Positions 33,349-42,304 of a stretch of 64,000 nt of DNA are shown here, one piece after another. A program made the position numbers and the translations under genes. The notes under the pieces were generated by a model, which worked only from the letters and a program-made list of their open reading frames with translations, did no database searches and had not been told where the DNA came from. Location: the NCBI GenBank assembly GCA_040771865.1, contig JAXGZF010000005.1, positions 62,001 through 126,000 of the forward strand, read 5' to 3'. Source of the stretch: Desulfobacterales bacterium. Its GTDB lineage: Bacteria > Desulfobacterota > Desulfobacteria > Desulfobacterales > UBA2245. Position 1 is the first letter of the stretch. Each line of letters opens with the position of its first letter.

Positions 33349-33440
33349 GCCGAAGAAATGGCATGACCTGAAAGATGGTTTTTTGTTATTATTAAAAATC
33401 AAGGGGATGGATTGTGGTGGGCGTTATCGTCCGTTAAAGT

Positions 33441-33456
33441 CGGAACAAGTCTTGCA
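33441..33456 (+). promoter_or_regulatory. Possible sigma54 (-24/-12) promoter
   Basis: CGGAACAAGTCTTGCA has exact GG/GC spacing, ~95 nt upstream of the CheX-like gene. Confidence 0.4.
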
Positions 33457-33550
33457 TTATGTTTTGGATAGATATTTGCAGCTGTTTATCGCTGTGGGAA
33501 TAATTTTTTCATCGTTGCGTTTGCGTGGAGTCTGAGAATTCGGAAGGAAT

Positions 33551-34153
33551 GTGCAGATGCGGGAGCAAGGAGACACAACTGAAAAGGTGATCAAGTGTTT
33601 GTGTGATTCGGTGCGGGAGGTCCTTAAAATCACCACCGCTTCGCAGATCGAGATTTCCCCTATGCTGCAAAGAATCAGCACCGTATCCCTAAGGCCCGAT
33701 ATCGGATGCTTTGTGCAGTTCGGAGGGGATTTTTCAGGTCTGGTGGTGATGAATTTTTCCGGAGCGGCGGGTCTGGAGATCTATCAGCGTTATATGAAAA
33801 ACATGGGAATGCCCGAGGAAGAGCTTGCCGGCCAGCATACCGCCGATGCGGTTGCCGACAGTCTCGGAGAGCTGATCAATCAGATCATCGGCCGATTCCG
33901 CGTGCTGATGGAAAAGCACTATCGGGTTGGCGTTCAGCACAATCAGCCCAAGGCCGTTACGATCTCCGATCGAATCGTGATCTCCATTGCCGCGGCAATT
34001 TTTCAGCCGCAGAATCTGCGCGTATCTTGCAGGACGCAGGACCAGAACCGGTTCAACATGGAGATCTCCATGGAAAAGATTGAATTTTACCCCATGGACG
34101 GGTTTGAAGCGAATCATTCCCAGGATACAGAGAAACTGTTGTCCGGGCTTTAA
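33551..34153 (+). CDS. DUF3334 / CheX-like phosphatase-fold protein
   Basis: PDIGCFVQF.GDFSGLVVMNF and D.LGELINQIIG (ExxN phosphatase motif). Confidence 0.7.
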   Translation: MQMREQGDTTEKVIKCLCDSVREVLKITTASQIEISPMLQRISTVSLRPDIGCFVQFGGDFSGLVVMNFSGAAGLEIYQRYMKNMGMPEEELAGQHTADAVADSLGELINQIIGRFRVLMEKHYRVGVQHNQPKAVTISDRIVISIAAAIFQPQNLRVSCRTQDQNRFNMEISMEKIEFYPMDGFEANHSQDTEKLLSGL

Positions 34154-34258
34154 ATCAGCAGAATTTGCAGGCTGACCGAAGCGCGGAAGCAGAATTTTGA
34201 ATTTATACGGACCGATCAAGATCGGTCGAAGATGTCTTCAGATGAAAAGGAAATCGGT

Positions 34259-34705
34259 ATGAGTCCTTATCGCCAAACGATTTGCATTGTATACGCGGAT
34301 GATGATCCCGAGGATCGAATGCTGGTTAAAGATGCACTGGACGAAAGCCGGCTGGCCAATCCGATTCATTTTGTGGAGGACGGCGAGCAGTTGATGGATT
34401 ATCTCAAGCGCCGGGGCCAGTATGCCGATTTGGCCGAAAAACCCTATCCGGGTTTGATTCTGCTGGATCTGAACATGCCTCGAAAAGACGGACGGGAAGC
34501 CCTTGAGGAGATCAAGGCCGATCCGAAGCTGCGCCGCATACCCGTAGTGGTGCTGACGACCTCAAAGGCGGAGGAAGACATCTGCCGGAGCTACGATCTG
34601 GGCGTGAGTGGTTTCATCGTAAAGCCGGTGACCTTTGATTCGCTGATCGAGATTGTCCGGACGCTCGGGAAATACTGGTTTGAGATCGTTGAACTGCCGG
34701 TTTAA
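34259..34705 (+). CDS. Single-domain response regulator (Rcp1-like)
   Basis: ADDD, LLDLNMP, LTTS, KP, YWF C-terminus; alternative start at 34232. Confidence 0.9.
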   Translation: MSPYRQTICIVYADDDPEDRMLVKDALDESRLANPIHFVEDGEQLMDYLKRRGQYADLAEKPYPGLILLDLNMPRKDGREALEEIKADPKLRRIPVVVLTTSKAEEDICRSYDLGVSGFIVKPVTFDSLIEIVRTLGKYWFEIVELPV

Positions 34706-34826
34706 GCATTTTTTGAAATTCGAACCGGTTTTTTTGATTTGCTGAGAGCATTTTGATTTTTTGCATGTTTGTCAGAATTTTGACCCGGCGTTCTTTTTGA
34801 ACCGTTTTTGAAGGAGAACCCAGCCC

Positions 34827-35231
34827 ATGACACGTATTTTGGTGGTTGATGACGACGATCAGATCCGTGCTTTGCTTCGAGATGTTCTGGAACGCGATCA
34901 GTTCGAGGTCATGGATGCGGCGGACGGCGATGTTGCATTGGCTTTGCAGAGGAAATATCCGGCTGATCTGATCATTACCGATTTGATCATGCCTTCAAAA
35001 GACGGTATCGAGATGATAATGGAATTTCGAAAGGAATTTCCCTTGGTCCCAATTATTGCGATTTCCGGCGGTGGTTCATTGGGCCCTGGCCGTGTTGCGG
35101 CCGAAGATTATCTGAGGCTTTCAAAGGCTTTCGGCGCGGTCTGCACATTTCCAAAACCCTTAGACATGAAGCTGCTGCTCGATAAGATCCGGCAAATGCT
35201 TGCCTTGGATTCGGCGCCTTCCGTTACATAG
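34827..35231 (+). CDS. Single-domain response regulator
   Basis: VVDDD, ITDLIMP, AISG, KP. Confidence 0.9.
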   Translation: MTRILVVDDDDQIRALLRDVLERDQFEVMDAADGDVALALQRKYPADLIITDLIMPSKDGIEMIMEFRKEFPLVPIIAISGGGSLGPGRVAAEDYLRLSKAFGAVCTFPKPLDMKLLLDKIRQMLALDSAPSVT

Positions 35232-35507
35232 CTCGACACTTTACGGGAGGCTTTCTCCGATCCTTCGTTTTTGATTCTGAAAAATATCAGTGGACAAATC
35301 AAAGGCGTCCATGTAAATAGATTACCTTGTTTCTGGAAAAGGCGATGGAAGCATCGGAACTCTCTTTTGACAATAATCAGTCATCATGTGTTGAAGAATC
35401 CGTGCTTCCGGAATCTGATGGTAATCCGAAAACAAAACTTGTCAAGCGGAGATGGGCCTTGGTGATGTGGCCTCTTGCAGCCCGCTGATTCCAGAGGAGT
35501 TTGTGGC

Positions 35508-35963
35508 ATGATTGCGTATCAGCTTTGCGTTGAAGCTCAGAACAAGCCCGGCAGCCTGGCCAGAATCACCGCGACTCTGGCCAGAGAAAAAATCAATCTT
35601 CGTTCCATTACGATCAGCACCTACCAGGATCACGGCATCATCAATATTCTGGTCGACGATTCCCAGAAGGCGTTCAAGGCCCTGAAAAGCGAAGGCCTTC
35701 CCGTGTCCCTGAAACCCGTGCTGGCCGTTCTGATCGATGACAAACCCGGCGGACTGGATGAATTGATTCAGCTTCTTTACAAAGAAAATATCAATGTTGA
35801 AAACGCCTACGGATTTGTTCTTGAAAGCTGGAAAAACGCCGTGTTTGTCCTGGATGTCGATCAGGAGGAGAAAACCCGTAAGATACTGCATGACGCAGGG
35901 TTTAAAATGCTCAGCGCCGATGCTCTGGCGGCCGTGGAGCCCTTTCACTACATGAAATACTGA
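35508..35963 (+). CDS. Tandem ACT-domain protein
   Basis: NKPGSL...INL and DKPGGL...INV ACT repeats; GAGGAG RBS. Confidence 0.85.
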   Translation: MIAYQLCVEAQNKPGSLARITATLAREKINLRSITISTYQDHGIINILVDDSQKAFKALKSEGLPVSLKPVLAVLIDDKPGGLDELIQLLYKENINVENAYGFVLESWKNAVFVLDVDQEEKTRKILHDAGFKMLSADALAAVEPFHYMKY

Positions 35964-36066
35964 ATTTGAAATTTAGGATTGTCGATTTTGATAATGCAAT
36001 TGGTTCTTGAAGAATGCTTTCGGACGTTCCATAAATGGCAAGCCGGTATTTCGCGGGAAAGAGATT

Positions 36067-36255
36067 ATGAAGTACTATATTGAACTTTGGGATGATAACG
36101 AAATGTGGAGCCGGATGGATTCCAGCATGGATGACAAGATAGAAGCCTATCACACGGCCTGTTTTGTTGCCTGCCGAAGGAATACGAAGGCCAAGATTGT
36201 TGACGGTTGCGGCAATGTGTTTGCCGAGATCAAGCCGGAATCACTGATGATCTAA
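36067..36255 (+). CDS. Small hypothetical protein, 62 aa
   Basis: ATG 36067 after a purine-rich stretch; fills the gap before the riboswitch. Confidence 0.5.
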   Translation: MKYYIELWDDNEMWSRMDSSMDDKIEAYHTACFVACRRNTKAKIVDGCGNVFAEIKPESLMI

Positions 36256-36337
36256 CCGAAGGCTTCCATTTTCAGACTGTCTGCGGAATATCTTGACGGA
36301 AAGGATGAACTTTTCCAAATAAAAAAAGTCACTTGCA

Positions 36338-36506
36338 GAATCGTTTGGCCCCTTCGGGGATAACAGGGAAACCGGTGCGATTCCGGTACGGACCCGCCGC
36401 TGTAATCGGGGACGAAATCCGCACAAGGCCACTGGTTCTTTTAAGAGGATCGGGAAGGCGCGGAGACTAGACAGATCCGAGAGTCAGAAGACCTGCCATA
36501 CGGTTT
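36338..36506 (+). promoter_or_regulatory. Cobalamin (AdoCbl) riboswitch 1
   Basis: AACAGGGAAACCGGTGCGATTCCGG, CCCGCCGCTGT, GCCACTG, GGGAAGG and B12 box AGTCAGAAGACCTGCC. Confidence 0.95.
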
Positions 36507-36523
36507 GGCTTTGTGGAGACGGC

Positions 36524-36560
36524 AAATCCTCAAGCGTAGAACGCTTGAGGATTTTTTTTT
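36524..36560 (+). terminator. Attenuator terminator of riboswitch 1
   Basis: AATCCTCAAGCGT-AGA-ACGCTTGAGGATT followed by a T-run. Confidence 0.9.
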
Positions 36561-36613
36561 GAGGAAGACCTGATTTATTCGAAACCCTGAACAATGACAA
36601 TGGGTTGAATAAC

Positions 36614-37660
36614 ATGAAGACGATGAAAGCGGCTGTTTTGCTTCGGCCCGGAAGTCTGGAAATCCGCGAGGTAAAGCAACCGGCATGTCCGAAGGACGGC
36701 GTGCTGGTTCAGGTGAAAGCCTGCGGCATATGTGCGGCGGATGTGAAAATGCTGTCGGCGGGGCATCGCGCTCTGGTGTACCCGCGAATCCTCGGCCATG
36801 AGATTGCTGGAATTGTGGCGCAGAGCAGAAGCCCCCTTTTTCGGGAAGGCGACCGGGTTCAGGTGCCGCCCGGCCTGAGTTGCGGGGTCTGCAGGCATTG
36901 CCGAGCTCATGCGGACAACCAGTGCCCGTCGGTTCAAATTCTGGGTTTTAACCGGGACGGCGGGTTTGCCCAGTATTTGGCTCTTCCGCTCGGCATCGGA
37001 CCTGTCCGGGCGGTTTTGCATCCGCTTCCTTCGAGCATGCCCTTTGATCATGCGGTTTTTGCCGAGCCCCTGGCCTGTTGCATCAATGCTCAGAATAAGC
37101 TGGGCCTGAGTCGGAAGGATTCGGTGCTGATTGTGGGTGCCGGTCCCCTGGGACAAATGCATGCGGCTCTGGCGGCGCATCAGGGAATAGCACAGATTCT
37201 GGTGGCCGACATGGATTCGAGACGGCGGATACTGTCGGAGTCAATGGGGATAACGGTTCTGGATGCGCTGAATCCTCTTTTTTTTGAGCAGTTGAGTACT
37301 CTTACCGGCGGTCATGGTCTGGATGTGCTGATCTTTGCGGCAGGCGTTGGTCTGGATGACCGGTTTCTCGAGGCCATGGCTGCAGGAGGGCGTGTTTCGA
37401 TTTTCAGCGGCATGAGCGCTGATCATTCCAAGGCAGCTCTGGACTTAAACCGGATACATTACCGGGAGATCATCTTCGCCGGTGCTTACGGATGCACGGT
37501 GCGTCAAAACGCTCAGGCTCTTGAATGGATTGCATCAAACGGAGCGGCGGTTGAAAGACTGATCACCCGCCGCGTGTCGCTGACCGGTATTGCGGATGGA
37601 TTTTCCCATGTCCGGGAAAAAATTGCTCTGAAATCCGTCGTGGAGGTGGAACATGAATGA
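36614..37660 (+). CDS. Zn-dependent medium-chain dehydrogenase (polyol / threonine-dehydrogenase-like)
   Basis: CGICAAD, GHE, structural Zn CGVCRHC...C, EPLAC, GAGPLG Rossmann motif with downstream Asp (NAD preference). Confidence 0.88.
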   Translation: MKTMKAAVLLRPGSLEIREVKQPACPKDGVLVQVKACGICAADVKMLSAGHRALVYPRILGHEIAGIVAQSRSPLFREGDRVQVPPGLSCGVCRHCRAHADNQCPSVQILGFNRDGGFAQYLALPLGIGPVRAVLHPLPSSMPFDHAVFAEPLACCINAQNKLGLSRKDSVLIVGAGPLGQMHAALAAHQGIAQILVADMDSRRRILSESMGITVLDALNPLFFEQLSTLTGGHGLDVLIFAAGVGLDDRFLEAMAAGGRVSIFSGMSADHSKAALDLNRIHYREIIFAGAYGCTVRQNAQALEWIASNGAAVERLITRRVSLTGIADGFSHVREKIALKSVVEVEHE

Positions 37661-38762
37661 ATCGATCAGAGAGTTCGGACGGTATATCGATCAACTGATC
37701 GCCGGCCGGAACCTGACCCGAATGGAAAGCCGCGATCTTTTCGGTCAGATTCTGTCAGGCGATCAAACGGATATCCATCAGGGCGCCTTTCTTTCGGCGA
37801 TTACCGCCAAGGGCCCGACGCCCCAGGAAATCGCAGGGGCCTGGCAGGCCATATTTGAAATGGATACCGTCAGGGTGCTGCCGGATACTTCAAAACCCCT
37901 GGTGGACAACTGCGGAACCGGCATGGATGCTTTCAAGACCTTTAATATCAGCACCGGGGCTGCGATCGTGGCCTCTGCCGGGGGCGTATGCGTTGCCCGT
38001 CACGGCGCTCGGGCCATCACCTCCGAATGCGGCACCGTGGATCTGTGCGAGTCCCTTGGCGCGGATGTAGAATGCGGGCCGGAGATTGTGCGGGAAAGTA
38101 TAGAAAAAACGGGTCTTGGTTTGTTCAACGGAATGAGTTCTCAGATTCATCCCCGGGCCTTGTTTCGAATTCTTTCGCGAATGCGTTTTGGAAGCGTTTT
38201 GAATATCGCGGCCTCTCTGGCCAATCCTGCGCGCCCTCTTTACGGCGTTCGTGGGGTATATGACCCTGAACTGGTGATTCCCGTCATCGAGGCCATGCGG
38301 GAAATCGGATTTGTCCGGGCCATGGTCTTTCATGGCCTTCTGCCCGGAAAGAATGGCGGCATCGATGAACTTTCGCCTGCAGCGGAAAGCTTTGTGGCCG
38401 AACTGAACGCAGACGGGAAAATTTCTTCTTACTGGCTGGAACCGCGCATACTGGGAGTTGAGTATGACAAGCCGATAGATGCCATTGCCGGCTGCGGTGG
38501 GCCGCAAGAAGAGGCTCTGCGGCTTCTGGGCGTGTTTTCTGGAAAGGAAAAATCCGCATTGTATCAAACCATCTGTTTGAATGCGGCGCCGCTTTTTTAT
38601 GTATCCAGCACGGTTTCAGACCTGAAGGAAGGATTTGAAAAGGCCCGAGATGTCATCGATTCCGGACAGGCGCTGAATCAGGTCTTCAACTGGGTTCAGG
38701 CTCAGAACCGGAACCCGGAGCAGGGCCGTGTCCGCATGAACCAGCTGCTAGCAATGTTATGA
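37653..38762 (+). CDS. Divergent anthranilate-phosphoribosyltransferase-fold (TrpD-like) protein outside any trp operon
   Basis: DNCGTGMD..KTFNIST, ARHGARAITSECGTVD, IDE, NAA; overlaps the upstream gene by 8 nt. Confidence 0.8.
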   Translation: MNESIREFGRYIDQLIAGRNLTRMESRDLFGQILSGDQTDIHQGAFLSAITAKGPTPQEIAGAWQAIFEMDTVRVLPDTSKPLVDNCGTGMDAFKTFNISTGAAIVASAGGVCVARHGARAITSECGTVDLCESLGADVECGPEIVRESIEKTGLGLFNGMSSQIHPRALFRILSRMRFGSVLNIAASLANPARPLYGVRGVYDPELVIPVIEAMREIGFVRAMVFHGLLPGKNGGIDELSPAAESFVAELNADGKISSYWLEPRILGVEYDKPIDAIAGCGGPQEEALRLLGVFSGKEKSALYQTICLNAAPLFYVSSTVSDLKEGFEKARDVIDSGQALNQVFNWVQAQNRNPEQGRVRMNQLLAML

Positions 38763-38788
38763 AAAGTGCAAAAGGGGGTTGAATAACA

Positions 38789-39868
38789 ATGAACACGGGT
38801 AAACCGATTGAAGAGATCATCCGCGAGATAGAACCGGTCGATGGGGACTGGCTGGAAAAAGCCCGCGCCCGGACCCGGAGTCTGGTCATGCCCACCCGCG
38901 CCCTGGGTCGTCTCCATGAAATCGCGGAGCAGATTTGCGCCATTCAAAGAACTCTGACCCCGGCCATCGGCCGTAAGGCGATTCTGATCATGGCCGGAGA
39001 CCACGGAGTGGTCGCCGAAGGCGTCAGCGCATACCCGCAAAGCGTTACCGCGGAGATGATCCGTACCTTTCTCAGAGGCGGGGCCGGCATCAATGTTCTG
39101 GCAAGGCAGGTGGGCGCCGATGTCGCCGTGGTGGATACCGGAATTATTCCGGATCTGGATCCGAATATGTTCGTCGGCAACGAGCAGCTTCGAATCTGCA
39201 AGGTAGGCCGGGGAACGGCGAACCTTGCCCAGGGCCCGGCCATGACCCGAAGCCAGGCCGAAGCCTGTGTTTCCCTCGGCTTTCTGGCTGCGGAAAAATG
39301 GATCAAAGATGGGGTTGATCTGATTGGAACCGGCGATATGGGCATCGGAAACACCACGCCGTCTTCGGCCATCGGCGTTGTGATCACCGGTGCGGACCTG
39401 GACCGGATGGTCGGTTTGGGAACCGGTGTGGATGCTCAGGGTATTGCACGCAAGAAGGCGGCCATCGCGCGGGGCATAAAAATCAATGCTCCCGATGCCC
39501 CGGACGGTCTGGACGTCCTTTCCAAGGTCGGTGGATTCGAGATCGGCGCCATTGCCGGATGCATTCTGGCCGGGGCCTTTTACCGCCGGCCGGTCGTGGT
39601 GGACGGTTTGATTTCAACGGCAGGCGCCCTGATCGCCCATACACTCTGTCCTCTGTCCTCGCAGTACATGTTTGCCGCCCATTGTTCCGAGGAGCCCGGC
39701 CACCGGATCATGTTGAACCATCTGGGGCTGGTCCCCATTCTGGATCTGGGAATGAGACTTGGCGAGGGAAGCGGAGGCGCGGTAGCCATGGGAATCATGG
39801 AGGGCGCCGTGCGCGTGATGAATGAGATGCTGACCTTTGAAGAGGCTGGCGTGAGCGACAAGGAATAA
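38789..39868 (+). CDS. cobT: Nicotinate-nucleotide--lower-ligand-base phosphoribosyltransferase
   Basis: LGRL, AGDHGV, GDMGIGNTT, GGFEI, VDG.I, MRLGEGSG. Confidence 0.95.
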   Translation: MNTGKPIEEIIREIEPVDGDWLEKARARTRSLVMPTRALGRLHEIAEQICAIQRTLTPAIGRKAILIMAGDHGVVAEGVSAYPQSVTAEMIRTFLRGGAGINVLARQVGADVAVVDTGIIPDLDPNMFVGNEQLRICKVGRGTANLAQGPAMTRSQAEACVSLGFLAAEKWIKDGVDLIGTGDMGIGNTTPSSAIGVVITGADLDRMVGLGTGVDAQGIARKKAAIARGIKINAPDAPDGLDVLSKVGGFEIGAIAGCILAGAFYRRPVVVDGLISTAGALIAHTLCPLSSQYMFAAHCSEEPGHRIMLNHLGLVPILDLGMRLGEGSGGAVAMGIMEGAVRVMNEMLTFEEAGVSDKE

Positions 39869-39995
39869 GTTGCCCGGAAAGTGCCGTTGATTGGATTCAG
39901 GCATCTGGAAAGCAGGCTTATCGTTTTGCAGACAGGTCCGCACAACAAAAAAAATGGTTGACTTTGAAATGGTTTTTTTTTAAGGGTGATTTTCA

Positions 39996-40157
39996 CTCAG
40001 GTGCTCAATGGATTGAGCTCAAAAGGGAACCCCGTGTGATTCGGGGATGGGCCCGCCGCTGTGATCGGGGACGAAATCCGCAGAAAGCCACTGGTTCGAT
40101 TTGAATCGGGAAGGCGCGGAAAATAGAATGATCCGAAAGTCAGAAGACCTGCCTGAG
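39996..40157 (+). promoter_or_regulatory. Cobalamin (AdoCbl) riboswitch 2
   Basis: CTCAGGTG...AAAAGGGAACCCCGTGTGATTCGGGG, CCCGCCGCTGT, GCCACTG, GGGAAGG, AGTCAGAAGACCTGCCTGAG. Confidence 0.95.
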
Positions 40158-40225
40158 GGAAGAAGCCGTTGCCTCCGAGGAACAGAGGCGTTTGGCGTGT
40201 AAGATCTTGAGGATAAAAAAGGGAC

Positions 40226-40265
40226 ATCCCGGATCGATGATACCAATCGATCCGGGATTTTTTTT
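40226..40265 (+). terminator. Attenuator terminator of riboswitch 2
   Basis: ATCCCGGATCGAT-N7-ATCGATCCGGGAT followed by a T-run. Confidence 0.9.
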
Positions 40266-40294
40266 GCCCGGTGGAAGCTGCCTGCAAGGAGGAC

Positions 40295-42304
40295 ATGATG
40301 AAGGGATGGATCGTATCTTTTTGCGCTATCGTTATGCTGTGGACGACACCGGGGCTGTGCCTTGAGGCGGAAAAACAAGCGGAATCTCCGGTTCTGGAAA
40401 CCGTGGTGGTGACCGGCGCAAGAACCGAACAGAAAATTGAAACAGTAGCCGCCAATGTCACGGTGATAGACCGGAAAGCCATTGAATCCTCCAATGCCAA
40501 ATCCGTTGTGGATCTGCTGCGGGTCGAGGAGGGAATTGTGGTGAAAGATCTTTTGGGGAACGGTCGGCAGGCTCAGGTGGATCTGCGGGGATACGGGGAA
40601 ACAGGCCCCTACAATACCCTCGTGCTCGTAGACGGCCGTAGGGTCAACGAGATCGATCTGAGCGGAGTGGACTGGACCCAGGTTCCCCTGAATCAGATCG
40701 AGCGCATCGAGATTGTCCGGGGGGCCGGAAGCGTGCTTTTCGGTGATAATGCCGTGGGCGGAGTGATCAATATCATCACCAAAACGCCTGGCTCCGAACC
40801 TCGGGCTCGAGTCGAACTGTCCGGAGGAAGTTACGGAAAAAACAGCCAGTCCGCCTATGTGAGCGGCGGCAGCGAAAAATTTGCGGCCGCTGTTTTTGCC
40901 GACCGCGATTTCAGCGACGGATATCGGGACAACGGAGATTTTTCGGCCCTGGATGTGGGTTTCAAGATGTTTCTGTACCCTTCGGAATCCCTGACCATGC
41001 GTCTGGATGGCTCGCGTCATGTTGATGAATACGGCCTGCCCGGCGCTCTGACCGAGGCCGAGATGGCCGAGGATCGCACTGCCACCAACAGCCCGCAGGA
41101 TAATGCCGACAATGACGAACACTACCTTCGATACAGCGTAGACTGGGAGACAGGCGCCGGAAATTTCATTACAGACATCGCCTGGCGCGAACGCAGTTCC
41201 ATTTCGCGATGGGCCAGCTGGTCATGGTTCACCGATTCGGATATCGAGACCTGGTCCATTGCCCCCCGATACGTCTATGCCGGTGATGTTTTCGGGCATG
41301 AGAACACTCTGACGGCGGGTGTGGATGCTTATTGGACCCAGATGGATCTCGGGAGCTATTACAGCGCCGACATGAATGATCCCAGCGAGGTTTCCGACAT
41401 TTCGCGGGATTCTCTCGGACTCTATGTTCAGGACGACCTTTACGTGTTTGAAAATCTGATTTTCGGTCTGGGCGCGCGATTTGAAAAGGTCCGATACGAT
41501 TTGAATAAAAAAGACCTGACGGGCTGGTATTCTTCCCTGGACGCGGAGGTGGATGACGAGGAGTACGCCTGCAGCGTCGGACTGACCTATCTGTACGGCG
41601 AGAACTCTTCGGCTTTTGCCAGGTATAACCGGAGCCTTCGGTATCCCCTGGTGGATGAACTCGTGGTGTATGATTTTATGGCCGGTTCGATTGTGGTCAA
41701 TGAGAATCTGAAGCCCCAGACCGGCGATCATTATGATTTCGGCATCCGGCATAATTTTACCTCAAAACTTCAGGCCAGGGCTACGGTGTTCTTTTCAAGA
41801 ATTGAAGACGAGATTTTTTACAACAAGGCCACCTATTCCAACGAAAACCATCCCAAGACCTCTCATCATGGCGTGGAGACGGGACTTCGGGCGGATCTGT
41901 CCGATCATTTTACTATTTTCGGCAACTATACCTATGAAAACGCCGTCTTTGAAGCAGATCCGTACAAAGACAATGATATTCCGGGCGTTCCCGCACACAA
42001 GGCCAACATCGGCATTCTGGTGCGAGACCTGACGCCGGGACTGATCCTGTCTGCCTTATACAACTATGTGGGATCCAGTTATGCCATCAGCGACATGGCC
42101 AATGGGGTGGATAAACAAAAGGCCTATTATACGGTGGATCTGAAAGCTTCATATAAATGGAAAGGCATTCAAGGTTTTGTCGGCGTGAACAATATCACGG
42201 ACCAGGAGTATTCCGAATATGTGGTGGCGAGTTCTGCAGGAACCCGCGTTTTTTATCCGGCGCCGGAAAGAAACTGGATCGCCGGAATTCAAATCGAGTT
42301 TTAA
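40295..42304 (+). CDS. btuB: TonB-dependent corrinoid receptor (BtuB-like)
   Basis: Signal peptide, TonB box ETVVVTG, plug motifs LVLVDG, IERIEIVRG, GGVINIITK, C-terminal F; directly under a B12 riboswitch. Confidence 0.85.
   Translation: MMKGWIVSFCAIVMLWTTPGLCLEAEKQAESPVLETVVVTGARTEQKIETVAANVTVIDRKAIESSNAKSVVDLLRVEEGIVVKDLLGNGRQAQVDLRGYGETGPYNTLVLVDGRRVNEIDLSGVDWTQVPLNQIERIEIVRGAGSVLFGDNAVGGVINIITKTPGSEPRARVELSGGSYGKNSQSAYVSGGSEKFAAAVFADRDFSDGYRDNGDFSALDVGFKMFLYPSESLTMRLDGSRHVDEYGLPGALTEAEMAEDRTATNSPQDNADNDEHYLRYSVDWETGAGNFITDIAWRERSSISRWASWSWFTDSDIETWSIAPRYVYAGDVFGHENTLTAGVDAYWTQMDLGSYYSADMNDPSEVSDISRDSLGLYVQDDLYVFENLIFGLGARFEKVRYDLNKKDLTGWYSSLDAEVDDEEYACSVGLTYLYGENSSAFARYNRSLRYPLVDELVVYDFMAGSIVVNENLKPQTGDHYDFGIRHNFTSKLQARATVFFSRIEDEIFYNKATYSNENHPKTSHHGVETGLRADLSDHFTIFGNYTYENAVFEADPYKDNDIPGVPAHKANIGILVRDLTPGLILSALYNYVGSSYAISDMANGVDKQKAYYTVDLKASYKWKGIQGFVGVNNITDQEYSEYVVASSAGTRVFYPAPERNWIAGIQIEF

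Noticed and set aside
34706..34812. Repeated TTTTGA tracts as a repeat array or CRISPR
   Set aside because: Short, irregularly spaced, low-complexity T-tracts with no fixed repeat/spacer structure.
36441..40500. Minus-strand ORFs 36441-36686 and 39997-40500
   Set aside because: Antisense translations of the cobalamin riboswitches.
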